64,000 bases of DNA from an uncultured Dehalococcoidia bacterium (GTDB taxonomy: Bacteria > Chloroflexota > Dehalococcoidia > Dehalococcoidales > UBA1222). Position 1 is the first letter of the stretch; the number at the start of each line of letters is the position of its first letter. The stretch is from contig CAIMVG010000021.1 of NCBI GenBank assembly GCA_903844845.1, positions 70,992 through 134,991 of the forward strand, given 5' to 3'. The notes below the pieces were generated by a model that worked only from the letters and a program-made list of their open reading frames with translations, made no database searches and was not told the origin of the DNA. A program made the translations under genes and the position numbers. Shown here one piece after another: positions 52,512 to 62,282 of this stretch.

Positions 52512-54197
52512 CTAGATGGTTTGATTCACATCGACGGTAGTAGTCTGCCCGTTGAGCGTGATGGAGAACGTGTAGATCACTTTGCCGGCCGGGATGTGGT
52601 TGTTGATGTTCCATGTGAACTTTACGAGGCCGTCGGCCCCTGCAGTCTGTGTGTTGTCCGGCGCAGGAGGATACGCGCTGGGTGTACCGGTCGCGGTGGC
52701 CGATAGGAAGTAGGTGAAGAGTATCTTTACCGTCGCGCCCGGGGTTGTCTTGCCTGTTACTGTCACATTGTCGCCCGGGTGCGGCGCGTTACCGGCGTCG
52801 TTCAGGACGCTGACGAGGGTGAACGGTATTTCGGTGGGCACAGGGGTGGTTGTGGCCGGAGGGGCCGTCGTCGCGGGGGGGGCGGTAGTCGCGGGCGCGA
52901 TGGTGGCCGCTATCGCAGTAGTTGCCGGGGCATAGCCCGCAGGCATGACGACGGGGGCATCCTGTGTCAGGCTGATGTGCATCTCGATCATCGGGATCTG
53001 GTTCGCCAGCTTGTAGTCCTCCCAGTACTGTATCCACTTGTCGTTGTTGGCCTTGACGTCGATTTTCAGTGCGGTCGCTTTGGCCATGGCGTCCTGGTAT
53101 GCGTTCAAATATTGCCTGAAAAGGGCCGTGTTGGCCTGGTTGCGCTTCTCGTAGTCCGCGTTCCAGATACCCTTGTCGGTGAGGTATTTGGCGAGCCCGG
53201 GGTGTACGGGGACATAGGTTGTTTGAAGCACGGTGATGAGGTCGTTCAAGGTCATCTGCGTGTTGGAGTCATACGAGGCCTTGTACTTGTCGTAATTGAC
53301 GTCGAGCCATTTTGCCATGTTGTACACTAGGTCGTTGTCGGTGCTCAGGTTCGAAGCAAGGTATTTGTAGCTGATGATGCCCCAGGTGCCGCGGGCGCTG
53401 TCGGGACCGACGGTGATGGGGCCGAAATTATACAGGGGGCTCAGGTTGAGAAATGCCCTGGCGCCGGCCGGGTTGTCGGCCGGATCCAGGGAGACATAAC
53501 GGATGCCGCCCGGCGAAGCGGCAGCGTCGGAGACGGCGGGCGATACGGGGGCTGTCATGCTGAGGTCGGCGCGGCCGTCGGCAACTGCCCTTGCGCAGGC
53601 GTCGTAGTCGCCGGTATTTACCCAGACGATGTCTTTCTGTGCTACCCCGGCCCATGCCAGGAGCGACAGGAAAGGCGTCATCGTGGCAGACTGGTCATTC
53701 CAGATGGCGAACTTGGTGCCGGGCTTGATGTCCTCCGGCTTGAATATCTTGGAGCCGCCGCGCACCATGAAACCGGTGTCGGCCAGCGAATCCACCCACA
53801 CCAGCCCGGCCATCCAGGGGCCGCCGTCGGGCATTGCGTATTCGTTGCGGGCCTCGATGCAGTCGCGCAGGGTGGACTTGTCTATCTGCGAGAGCACCAT
53901 GCCGCCGATTCCCATATCGCGGTAGGTGTTGGTCCACGCGGCTTCGGTGACGACGCGGATGAGGGGGCCCTTCAGGTCAGCCTGCATGACGCTGGCCCAG
54001 CTCTGCACCTTGATGGCGCCGGAATCGCCGGTAGCCGCGAAGTGCAGGGCATCCGGCCATTTGAACTGTATGCCGGTTCCGGTGACGGCGGGAACCATTA
54101 CGGTGTTCTTGCCGCAGCTCGCGAGGAGCGCCACCGATAATCCGGCCGCTCCCATCGTCGTCAAAAATTCTCTTCTGCTGACGTTATTGAGATTCAT
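52512..54197 (-). CDS. TAXI family TRAP transporter solute-binding lipoprotein with C-terminal Pro/Thr linker and Ig-like domain
   Basis: Tat-like RREFL plus lipobox LLASCG. A TAXI-type binding domain of about 400 aa is followed by the linker ATTAPPATTAPPATTTP and a beta-rich domain of about 130 aa. Confidence 0.75.
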   Translation of the reverse strand: MNLNNVSRREFLTTMGAAGLSVALLASCGKNTVMVPAVTGTGIQFKWPDALHFAATGDSGAIKVQSWASVMQADLKGPLIRVVTEAAWTNTYRDMGIGGMVLSQIDKSTLRDCIEARNEYAMPDGGPWMAGLVWVDSLADTGFMVRGGSKIFKPEDIKPGTKFAIWNDQSATMTPFLSLLAWAGVAQKDIVWVNTGDYDACARAVADGRADLSMTAPVSPAVSDAAASPGGIRYVSLDPADNPAGARAFLNLSPLYNFGPITVGPDSARGTWGIISYKYLASNLSTDNDLVYNMAKWLDVNYDKYKASYDSNTQMTLNDLITVLQTTYVPVHPGLAKYLTDKGIWNADYEKRNQANTALFRQYLNAYQDAMAKATALKIDVKANNDKWIQYWEDYKLANQIPMIEMHISLTQDAPVVMPAGYAPATTAIAATIAPATTAPPATTAPPATTTPVPTEIPFTLVSVLNDAGNAPHPGDNVTVTGKTTPGATVKILFTYFLSATATGTPSAYPPAPDNTQTAGADGLVKFTWNINNHIPAGKVIYTFSITLNGQTTTVDVNQTI

Positions 54198-54210
54198 CTT
54201 TTGTCCTTCC

Positions 54211-56346
54211 TTAAAGCGATTCTTTGTCGCCTGTGATAACAGGGTTTTTAAGGGGCTCCGGGTTCATTTCCGGCAGGAACTCCGGCGCCGGGGTTTTCCG
54301 GCGCAACGAGAGGCTGATGGTCACCGCGCAGACGCAAAGCCCCGCGCCGAAAACATATGCCTGCGGGAAGGCCAGCATGAAGCCGCCGACGAACAGGATG
54401 ATGCGCTGCGGTTTGGATAGTACCCCTATCCGCAGGAGGTAACCTTCGAGGGCGGACGAAAGTATCCATATTCCTGCGGCGGCCTGCACGAAGTGGGCGG
54501 CCGTTTGCCACCAGGGCGTATATATGATTAGCAGCGCGGGCTGGAGCACGAAAAATATCGGGATGAAAAAGAGTACCGCACCGAGGCGGCATGCAAGCCA
54601 TGCTGTCTTCATGGGGTTTGCTCCGGCGATGCTGGCCGCTACGAAAGCGTTCATGGCCACGGGAGGCGTGATGCCTCCGAGAGTTGCGTAGAAGATGAAA
54701 AACAGGTTGAGCCCGATGAGCGGTATGCCGCCGTATGCCGCCAGTTCGGGCACCGTTTTGCTGATGACGGAGATGGCGGGTACGGCGATTATCGCCAGCA
54801 TGATATAGGCTGTGCGCTGAAGCTCGGGCATCCCCATGACCGCCAGGAAAATGACGCACACGAACAGGACGAGGTAGAGGTTATGCCCGCCCGCGCTGAT
54901 GATCCACCCGGTCAAGCCGGCTGCGACCCCTGTTTTGAGGAGCCCGACGATGATGAAGCCCATGCCGATGAATATTGCGACTGTGTAATTAACCAGGCCG
55001 GCTGTCTGCACGAGCCCCGCTTCGACGCGGCGCGAGGCTTTCTTGATACTATCTCCGACGGGTTGGCGGCTCTCCCCGGGCCCGAGCGGGAGCATCCTCC
55101 TAACGGACCACTCTGCGATTCTGAGGCCGAGTACCGCCGCTGATGCGTAGATGGGCGTGATGGCTCCCCATCGCATGTAAAGCAGGCCATAGACGAGTAC
55201 ACCGATGCCGGCTAAGTATGTCCATCCTTCGGGGAGGATGCGCCACCATTTGGGCAGGTCCTGCGCCCTGCGAGCCTTGATATTGTTTCTCGCGGCATAC
55301 GAATCTACCTGGACCAGCAGGCCGAGGTAAAACAGTATTGCGGGGAGGATGGTTGCAACCACTACATCGGCATAATCCAGGCCGAAGATGATGACCATGA
55401 TAAAAACCATGCCCCCGAGTATGGGCGGCATGGTGTCGCTGCCGGTCGAGGCGCATGCTTCGATGGCTGCGGCGTATTCGGGGGAGTAGCCGGCGTCTTT
55501 CATGGCGGGGATGGTGAACGAACCCGTGCCTGCGACATTTGCGAAAGCGCTGCCGGTGATCGAGCCGAAGAATGCGCTCGCCATAACGGCGCCTTTGGCC
55601 TGCCCGCCGCGCATGCGGCCCATGAGCGAGTTCGCGAGCTTCATGAAATATTCCCCTCCGCCCGTTCCCATCACGAGCCCGGCGAACAGAAAGAAGCCGA
55701 GGACCATCTCGCCTAATGTGCGGGCGGGGATGCCTAGCAACCCGTCGGCCCCGTAGGCATACGATCCGAAGACGGCTTTCAGCGGGAAGGAAACACCGTA
55801 GAAAACACCTCCGAGATTGGTGGCCAGCCAGTGGGAACTGGCGAAAAGAGGATAGGCGATGGAGATCAGAATGATGGCGGCATAGCCCCATCCCGCCACG
55901 CGTCGCCCGGCTTCTAGACCGAGCGCTCCCATGACGATGGCGGCCCCGAACACTCTCGCGTTGGGCGGGAGGTCGAAATTATGGTATGCGATATCGTTGG
56001 AATTAGCCAGAAAAAATATAGTCACGCCCCATAAGGCCAGCGTGAGTGCGTAGTCGTACCAGGGAGGCGCTTTTTTGTTGGCTTTGGCGTTGGCGCCGAG
56101 GCCCATGAACACATTGACTCCGAGTATGGCATAAAGCAGGTAATAATAGGGGATGCCTGCCAGCACGTGCCCGAATATGGGTATTGAGCGCCAGTGGACG
56201 ATAAAAAGCAGGGTGGCCGCCACCGGGGCCAGGAGGTATACGGTCTTCATCGGCCATGGCAGAAACCGGTAGCGGCCAAGGCTGTTCCCCTGGGGGCTTT
56301 TGGCGTTATCGGACGCCGCGATCTCGGAAAGCTCTCTTTTTCCCAT
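54211..56346 (-). CDS. TRAP transporter fused permease (TAXI-associated 4TM/12TM fusion)
   Basis: 711 aa, highly hydrophobic throughout, immediately upstream of the TAXI receptor gene. Confidence 0.82.
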   Translation of the reverse strand: MGKRELSEIAASDNAKSPQGNSLGRYRFLPWPMKTVYLLAPVAATLLFIVHWRSIPIFGHVLAGIPYYYLLYAILGVNVFMGLGANAKANKKAPPWYDYALTLALWGVTIFFLANSNDIAYHNFDLPPNARVFGAAIVMGALGLEAGRRVAGWGYAAIILISIAYPLFASSHWLATNLGGVFYGVSFPLKAVFGSYAYGADGLLGIPARTLGEMVLGFFLFAGLVMGTGGGEYFMKLANSLMGRMRGGQAKGAVMASAFFGSITGSAFANVAGTGSFTIPAMKDAGYSPEYAAAIEACASTGSDTMPPILGGMVFIMVIIFGLDYADVVVATILPAILFYLGLLVQVDSYAARNNIKARRAQDLPKWWRILPEGWTYLAGIGVLVYGLLYMRWGAITPIYASAAVLGLRIAEWSVRRMLPLGPGESRQPVGDSIKKASRRVEAGLVQTAGLVNYTVAIFIGMGFIIVGLLKTGVAAGLTGWIISAGGHNLYLVLFVCVIFLAVMGMPELQRTAYIMLAIIAVPAISVISKTVPELAAYGGIPLIGLNLFFIFYATLGGITPPVAMNAFVAASIAGANPMKTAWLACRLGAVLFFIPIFFVLQPALLIIYTPWWQTAAHFVQAAAGIWILSSALEGYLLRIGVLSKPQRIILFVGGFMLAFPQAYVFGAGLCVCAVTISLSLRRKTPAPEFLPEMNPEPLKNPVITGDKESL

Positions 56347-57485
56347 CAGTTTCCCGGGAACGCGGGTTCAGCCTGGAAACGCTTCGGTTGGTAGACGCAG
56401 TAAGGCTCCGAAGCCAGGTAGTCGCCGGTATTTTCGAATGCCCGGGCGCGGCAACCCCCGCAAAGCCGCTTGAACTCGCAGGCGCCGCATTTTCCTGTAA
56501 GCAGTGAAATATCCCGCAGGCCGTTGAAAAGCGGTGATCCTTCCCAGACTTCCTTGAAAGTCTGTTTGGTGATGTTGCCGGCTTCAAGATCGAGGTAGCC
56601 GCACCCCTGGACTCGGCCGGTGTGCGAGATGAAGCAGAACCCGGTCCCTGCCAGGCAGCCGCGCGTGTGGGCGTTCATGTTCTGAGCTCCGCCCCCCGCT
56701 CCGGGGTGTCCCCCGGGATGGCCGTGCCCGTGTGTAACGCTCATGCCGCACTGCTGGGCGACGCGGTAGTAATGCGGGGCATCCGTGGGCTTGAACATCA
56801 GTCGGTCGCCGAGCTCGGCCTGTTTGGCGCAGATCCATTTGAGTGTGGCTTCGTAATCCTCGGGCGCAAGTTCTTCCTGTGCCAGCCCTTTGCCCCTGCC
56901 TGTGGGCACCAGCATGAATGGGTGGAATGCAGCGGCGTCAAGTTCGAGCGCCAGTTCCACCAGTTCGGGGAGGAAAGCGGCGTTCCTTTTCGTTATAGTG
57001 CTGTTTATCTGCACTTCGATGCCTGCTTTCCGTGCGGTTTTCACCCCGGCCACCGCCAGGTCGAAGGCGCCCTTCTGGCCGCGGAATTCGTCCTGCATGG
57101 CTGCCCCGGGGAAATCCAGGCTGATGCTGATGCGGGAGATGGGGACGGTCTTCATACGTTCTGTCATCTCCGTCGTAACGAGCGTGCCGTTGGTGCCGAT
57201 GACCACGCGGAAGCCTTTGGCCGAGGCATACCTGCCGACCTCGAACAGGTCTTGTCTTAAAAGGGGTTCTCCGCCGGTGAGGATAAGGATAGGCTTGCCG
57301 ACTTCAGCTATCTGGTCTACGAGGGCGAAACACTGCGCGGTCGAAAGTTCGCCCGCATAAGGGCCGCTCTCGGCCGAAGCCCGGCAATGGGCGCAGGAGA
57401 GGTTGCAGCTCCGGGTTATCTCCCAGGCAACCAGTTTGAGGTTGGGGATGACCAATTCGGAGGGCTTCGGGCTACCTTGTGTCAT
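56346..57485 (-). CDS. Radical SAM / SPASM domain protein (AhbD/NirJ-like)
   Basis: ITRSCNLSCAHC cluster, LTGGEPLLR, and C-terminal Cys-rich SPASM-type region (C..G..C.IS..G....C ... CG.C.....CGGCRA). Contains a His/Gly-rich insert HGHGHPGGHPGAGGG. Confidence 0.8.
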   Translation of the reverse strand: MTQGSPKPSELVIPNLKLVAWEITRSCNLSCAHCRASAESGPYAGELSTAQCFALVDQIAEVGKPILILTGGEPLLRQDLFEVGRYASAKGFRVVIGTNGTLVTTEMTERMKTVPISRISISLDFPGAAMQDEFRGQKGAFDLAVAGVKTARKAGIEVQINSTITKRNAAFLPELVELALELDAAAFHPFMLVPTGRGKGLAQEELAPEDYEATLKWICAKQAELGDRLMFKPTDAPHYYRVAQQCGMSVTHGHGHPGGHPGAGGGAQNMNAHTRGCLAGTGFCFISHTGRVQGCGYLDLEAGNITKQTFKEVWEGSPLFNGLRDISLLTGKCGACEFKRLCGGCRARAFENTGDYLASEPYCVYQPKRFQAEPAFPGN

Positions 57486-57765
57486 CTGTAATCTCCTGTC
57501 TGAAAGTCCCGTTTTACCACCTGCCTATTGGGGTGCAGGTATCTTATTGTTGGTTGGACTAATAATCTATTGTGCGTGAAAATCTCTATAAAACTATCAA
57601 ATGCTATTAAAATATTACAATATATTGAATATACTATCAGCAAGGATTACCGCACGTCAAGGCAACGCAAAGGAACAGCCGGGTGTACCAGAGGCTGGAA
57701 AACGTGTTAAAATCGAAAAAATACCGCGTAAAACATAAAAACGTTATTAAATCTAAAAGGAAAAT

Positions 57766-57954
57766 ATGATTAAAAGACTTATCCTGCCTGCGCTCCTTGC
57801 CGGGGTTCTCACTGCCATGATTTACCTTGCCGTTGAAAAGGTTTCGAATGGCGGGCTCGTTTCTTCGGATTTCAGTATCGCGCTTGTCGCCGGGGTACTG
57901 ACAGGTGCCGTAATAGTGCTCCTTTTCCGTAACCGAAACAGAAAAGGCAGTTAG
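57766..57954 (+). CDS. Hypothetical small membrane protein (62 aa)
   Basis: Two hydrophobic helices; AAGGAAAA precedes the ATG. Lies in an AT-rich intergenic stretch. Confidence 0.4.
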   Translation: MIKRLILPALLAGVLTAMIYLAVEKVSNGGLVSSDFSIALVAGVLTGAVIVLLFRNRNRKGS

Positions 57955-58107
57955 AAAACGAGGGATGCCGCTTATTCGCTTATCTGGCTTTATTCCATTT
58001 GATTTGATGACAATTTAATTATTAGCCCCGATTTGTTATACGTTTGTGATGCCTTTCCCGATATACTTCGGATTATACAGTCGTCCATTTTCCCTGCCGG
58101 AGGTATT

Positions 58108-58527
58108 ATGAGCGAAGACAGAATGCTAAAAAGCGACTCGGAATGGAAGCGTATCCTGCCTCCCGATGTCTACCGGGTAACACGGCAGAACGGTACCGAA
58201 CCGCCGTTTACCGGCAAATATCATGATTACAAAGAAAAAGGGATTTACGTTTGCGCTAATTGCGGAAACGAACTTTTCAGCTCAAAGGCTAAATTCGATT
58301 CGGGCACTGGCTGGCCGAGCTTTACTGCGGTCGTATCGGAAAAGAGCGTAAAGAGCGAGGTAGACGAAACCGGCGGCATGGTAAGAACGGCGGTTCTCTG
58401 CAAAAGATGCGATGCACACCTGGGGCATGTATTTTCGGACCGGCCGCCGCCGACAGGTTTGCGCTATTGTATGAATTCGATTGCCCTGAATTTTATCCCG
58501 CATGGGGTTATCAAAACACCGCGATAA
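58108..58527 (+). CDS. msrB: Peptide-methionine (R)-S-oxide reductase
   Basis: Start taken at MSEDRMLK. Motifs: W...L....Y.V.R...TE.PF.G.Y, G.Y.C..CG..LF.S..KFDSG.GWPSF, C..C..HLGHVF.D.P.PTG.RYC.NS. Confidence 0.92.
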   Translation: MSEDRMLKSDSEWKRILPPDVYRVTRQNGTEPPFTGKYHDYKEKGIYVCANCGNELFSSKAKFDSGTGWPSFTAVVSEKSVKSEVDETGGMVRTAVLCKRCDAHLGHVFSDRPPPTGLRYCMNSIALNFIPHGVIKTPR

Positions 58528-58590
58528 TATTTTCGGGTTGGTGACGGAACCTTTGTTGGATCAATAACCGCCTGTGGGGCAACTTCCGCA

Positions 58591-58953
58591 TCAGGGGTTT
58601 CTTTTAACGGTTTGCTTGTTACCTCTCACATCCACTGCAACAAAAGTTATTTTCGTCTCGAAAATAACGTCGCCTGGATGAATGGCATGCCGGGTACCGA
58701 AGGCCTTAACTCCATACTGAACGGATGTGTTGCCAAGATGGGTTCGATCGACTGAAAATCGCACTATCTCTCCGACACTCACCCTTTTCCTGAAAACGAC
58801 ATTATCCAATGCGACGGTCACAAAATTATTGCCAGGTAATTCCTGGTTTGCCGTGATATAGGCAAACTCGTCAATCCATTGGAGCATATGCCCGCCGAAA
58901 AGGTAGCCGTACTGGTTGAGGTGGGCGGGGAGTATTACTTTATAGTGTTCCAT
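58591..58953 (-). CDS. Acyl-CoA thioesterase (hotdog fold)
   Basis: P...N..G..FGG..L.W.DE.A...A.........VT...D...F...V..GE..... Confidence 0.8.
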   Translation of the reverse strand: MEHYKVILPAHLNQYGYLFGGHMLQWIDEFAYITANQELPGNNFVTVALDNVVFRKRVSVGEIVRFSVDRTHLGNTSVQYGVKAFGTRHAIHPGDVIFETKITFVAVDVRGNKQTVKRNP

Positions 58954-59122
58954 GACTGAATGTTATCATGTGCGTTCGGGCTCTTCAATCCTCCACGGAG
59001 GCTTTCTGGATTTAGCCGGGGGTGCTTTCCCGCTATCAATGTGAAGATCAACAATAAAAATTTATGAAAATAGCAATAAATATTATTGACATTTGTTCGT
59101 GGATGGTTGGTATAATACAACG

Positions 59123-59332
59123 ATGTTAGAAGGCAAATGCCCCAAATGCGGAAAGCAGTTTTACGGATTGGCCCTCGCCAATCCCCGCTATCAGATGTGC
59201 GAGGCCTGCGGATCAGGGCTAGATATTATAGACGGTGGCATTAGTATTCGCGGGTATTCCCCTTTCAATGCGGACAATATCAGTGTCAGGGCTGATTCGA
59301 ACACGGCTTCTCGGGAAAATGACATCGATTAA
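59123..59332 (+). CDS. Small zinc-ribbon protein
   Basis: Start taken at MLEGK. Two CxxC pairs: CPKCG...(x17)...CEACG. Confidence 0.5.
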   Translation: MLEGKCPKCGKQFYGLALANPRYQMCEACGSGLDIIDGGISIRGYSPFNADNISVRADSNTASRENDID

Positions 59333-59471
59333 TAACAACTCACCCGCCCTGTTTCCGTGTTTCCAAAGCCGGTTTTTTTCATTTTGCTCCGAAGCGTATC
59401 ATCCACACTGAAATAGTAAGTTCGGCGTTTGCCGACGGTCGCAAGCGGTCTTGGACGGTCAGGAGATAGAG

Positions 59472-59714
59472 ATGTCAACGCAAGTCTGGTCTATCGTCCT
59501 CGGTTCATTCTTCATCATTGTGAGTGTTGGGTTTTATTTCTGGGGACGTAAAGAGTCCCGGGCCTACGAGGAATCACTTATCAACCGGTACGACCTGAGG
59601 GAGTTCATCGAGCACACACCTGAACGGCCGGAACCGGGGGCCCTGAAAATCGGAGGTGTCATCGGGGCAGTGTTGGGGATTGGATTGGTCTTCGCGGGAA
59701 TATTTCTGCGCTGA
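59472..59714 (+). CDS. Hypothetical small membrane protein (80 aa, two TM helices)
   Basis: The ATG at 59472 is preceded by AGGAG with a 6-nt spacer. There are N- and C-terminal hydrophobic helices. Confidence 0.5.
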   Translation: MSTQVWSIVLGSFFIIVSVGFYFWGRKESRAYEESLINRYDLREFIEHTPERPEPGALKIGGVIGAVLGIGLVFAGIFLR

Positions 59715-59800
59715 GTGTATATTTCCTGAGCCAGTCGGATAAAAGGTTGTTTGGACGAATGGCGCTTAAACAAACGGTGCACCGGCCCGGTGGCTTCTTC

Positions 59801-60406
59801 TTAGCCGGGGACATTGGAGTGAATCACGGTCTCTCCGTGAGGTAGTCTGTGCCGGAAGCATCCGATTATGTGGTCATCGACGAGTCCCGTCGCTTGAAGG
59901 TGGGCATAAACGATAGTGGAGCCCACGAATTTGAATCCCCGCTTTTTCATGTCGGCGCTGATGCTGTCTGAAAGTTCAGTCCGGGGAGGGATTTGAGATA
60001 ATTCTTTCCACTCATTGACCAGTGTTTTATAATTTATAAATTTCCAAATATACTTGTCGAAGCTGCCTGATTCCTTTTGGATTTCCATGAACCTTGCCGC
60101 GTTATTTATCGCCGCAGCAATCTTGAGACGGTTGCGGATGATGCATGAATCTGTCAGTAGTCTTGCAATGTCTTTATAATCGAAGTCAGCTACCAGTTCA
60201 GGGTAGAAATCTGCGAATGCTTTTCTGAAAGCATCGCGTTTCTTCAATACCGTGAGCCAGCTGAGGCCTGCCTGGAATATCTCCAGGATAAGAAATTCGA
60301 AGTGTTTCCGGTCATCATGGACAGGCACTCCCCACTCTTCGTCGTGGTAACGCCTCATTATTCCATCCGCGCCCCACGAACAGCGCGTAAGGGTGGATTC
60401 GTTCAT
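59801..60406 (-). CDS. tag: DNA-3-methyladenine glycosylase I
   Basis: RC.W.......Y.YHD.EWG.P..D....FE.L.LE..QAGLSW.T.L.KR..FR.AF..F ... HL.A.G.V.DH...C. Confidence 0.9.
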   Translation of the reverse strand: MNESTLTRCSWGADGIMRRYHDEEWGVPVHDDRKHFEFLILEIFQAGLSWLTVLKKRDAFRKAFADFYPELVADFDYKDIARLLTDSCIIRNRLKIAAAINNAARFMEIQKESGSFDKYIWKFINYKTLVNEWKELSQIPPRTELSDSISADMKKRGFKFVGSTIVYAHLQATGLVDDHIIGCFRHRLPHGETVIHSNVPG

Positions 60407-62217
60407 TCCTCGTCCTCATTCATCTGGCCGCTTTTCTCCAGTCTGAACTGGGCTTTATTCAGCTTTTTATAGAGACCGTCTTTTGCCATAAGGGCTTCGT
60501 GGGTCCCCGTTTCCGCGATATGGCGGCCCTCCAGTACCACTATCTTGTCTGCTTTTCGTATGGTAGAAAGCCGGTGGGCGATTATGACGGTCGTACGCCC
60601 CGTTATCAGCCTCTCCAGCGCTTGTTGAATCAGGAATTCGGTTTCGGTATCGACGGAAGAGGTTGCTTCGTCGAGTATAAGTATCGGCGCGTCCTTGAGG
60701 ACGGCGCGCGCGATAGAAAGGCGCTGTTTCTGACCGCCCGAGAGCTTTATCCCGCGCTCGCCGATTAGCGTGTCATAGCGGTCCGGCATGGCATCGATGA
60801 ATTCCTGGGCGTTGGCCACTCTGGCAGCATCGGCTATCTGTTTATCCGAAGCATCTGGGTTACCGAACAGAATATTCTCCCGAACAGTACCGTGGAATAG
60901 GAACACGTCTTGCAGCACGATGCTAACCTGTCGCCGCAGGCTTTCCAGAGTGATATTTCGGAGATCGCAACCGTCCAGGTTGATCACACCGCTGCTCGCG
61001 TCATAAAAGCGAGGGATGAGGCTGACGAGAGTGGACTTGCCAACCCCGGAAGGTCCGACAAGCGCGACCATCTTTTTAGCAGGGATATCCAGGTCTATAT
61101 GTTCGAGGACCGGGATGCCTGTCTTGTATTCGAAACAGACGTTTTTAAATGAGATGGCCCCTTCCACAGTGCCGTTGAGTTTTACCGCTCCGGGTCGGTC
61201 ACGCATTTCCGGTTCCTCATTCAGTAATTCCGAAACCCTGTCCGCCGACGCCAGCGATCTTTGTACCTGTTCCCACGAGCCGCTTAATGTCCGCACTGGC
61301 TGGTACAGCAGATCTAGGTAAAGGAAGAAAGCCACCAGAACGGGAACGGAGAGTACCTGATTGAAAGCCAGTCGGCCGCCGAAGTAGATTACTATAAGTG
61401 TGCCCATCGCTGAGGAGAAATCGACGAACGGTTCGAACGCCGACATCAGTTTGATGGCTCTGAGCGACAAATATCGGTACGCGTCAACGCGGTCGTTGAA
61501 CCGGCGGCTTTCGGCGTCTTCGCGGGTGAAAGCCTTGATATCGCGGATACCGGACAAGTTGTCGGAGAGTATGGCATTAAGGTTGCCGAGTTCCTTTTGG
61601 CGCTCCCGGAAGGCTGGCCTTACATAACGTGCAAAGCCGCGCATCGAAAGCACCACGAAAGGTATCGGTATCAATGAAAGTAGCGCCAATCGCCAGTTCA
61701 TGAAAAACAGCACTAACAGCACGCCGACAAGAGTGATGAAGCTGACGAAGACATCGGGAACGGCATGGGCGATAAGGTCTTCAAATTGACCTGTATCATC
61801 CACGACTCGTGTCATCAGTTGCCCTGTTTGTTTGTTTTCATAAAAACGCAGCGTGAAACGCTGCATGCGTTCGTAGACATACTTACGCACGTCAGCCACG
61901 ACTCCCCACCCAGCTACGTGAGAAAGGTACATGCGCACGAAAGTGAGGCCAGCTCTGACTACAAAGACGATAAGTACCAACAGGCTGAGTTGGCTGATGA
62001 TGTGAAGGGTATCAGCTGTAGCACCTTTGTCCTGTAGTGCGCTCAGCAGCTTTTCGATGATCCATGGAACGAGCAACTGCAGCCCAACCAGCACGATCAT
62101 CGCCGTGATGGTGGATATCATGACGCGCGTATATTTACGTACGTATGTAAGAATAAAAGTGATTGGCTTCACACGTTCTCTTTTCCAGCAATGGCCGGCG
62201 GTGTTGAAATTAATCAA
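60403..62217 (-). CDS. ABC transporter ATP-binding/permease fusion (MsbA-like exporter)
   Basis: Six-TM domain plus Walker A GPSGVGKST, signature LSGGQKQR, Walker B ILILDEATS. The true start may be internal (for example the GTG at VKPITF). Confidence 0.88.
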   Translation of the reverse strand: MINFNTAGHCWKRERVKPITFILTYVRKYTRVMISTITAMIVLVGLQLLVPWIIEKLLSALQDKGATADTLHIISQLSLLVLIVFVVRAGLTFVRMYLSHVAGWGVVADVRKYVYERMQRFTLRFYENKQTGQLMTRVVDDTGQFEDLIAHAVPDVFVSFITLVGVLLVLFFMNWRLALLSLIPIPFVVLSMRGFARYVRPAFRERQKELGNLNAILSDNLSGIRDIKAFTREDAESRRFNDRVDAYRYLSLRAIKLMSAFEPFVDFSSAMGTLIVIYFGGRLAFNQVLSVPVLVAFFLYLDLLYQPVRTLSGSWEQVQRSLASADRVSELLNEEPEMRDRPGAVKLNGTVEGAISFKNVCFEYKTGIPVLEHIDLDIPAKKMVALVGPSGVGKSTLVSLIPRFYDASSGVINLDGCDLRNITLESLRRQVSIVLQDVFLFHGTVRENILFGNPDASDKQIADAARVANAQEFIDAMPDRYDTLIGERGIKLSGGQKQRLSIARAVLKDAPILILDEATSSVDTETEFLIQQALERLITGRTTVIIAHRLSTIRKADKIVVLEGRHIAETGTHEALMAKDGLYKKLNKAQFRLEKSGQMNEDEE

Positions 62218-62282
62218 TCGTATGATACGATTGGAGCTTTGTCAAACAATGGCGAACGCGGTTTTCTATTTAGATCCAAGCC

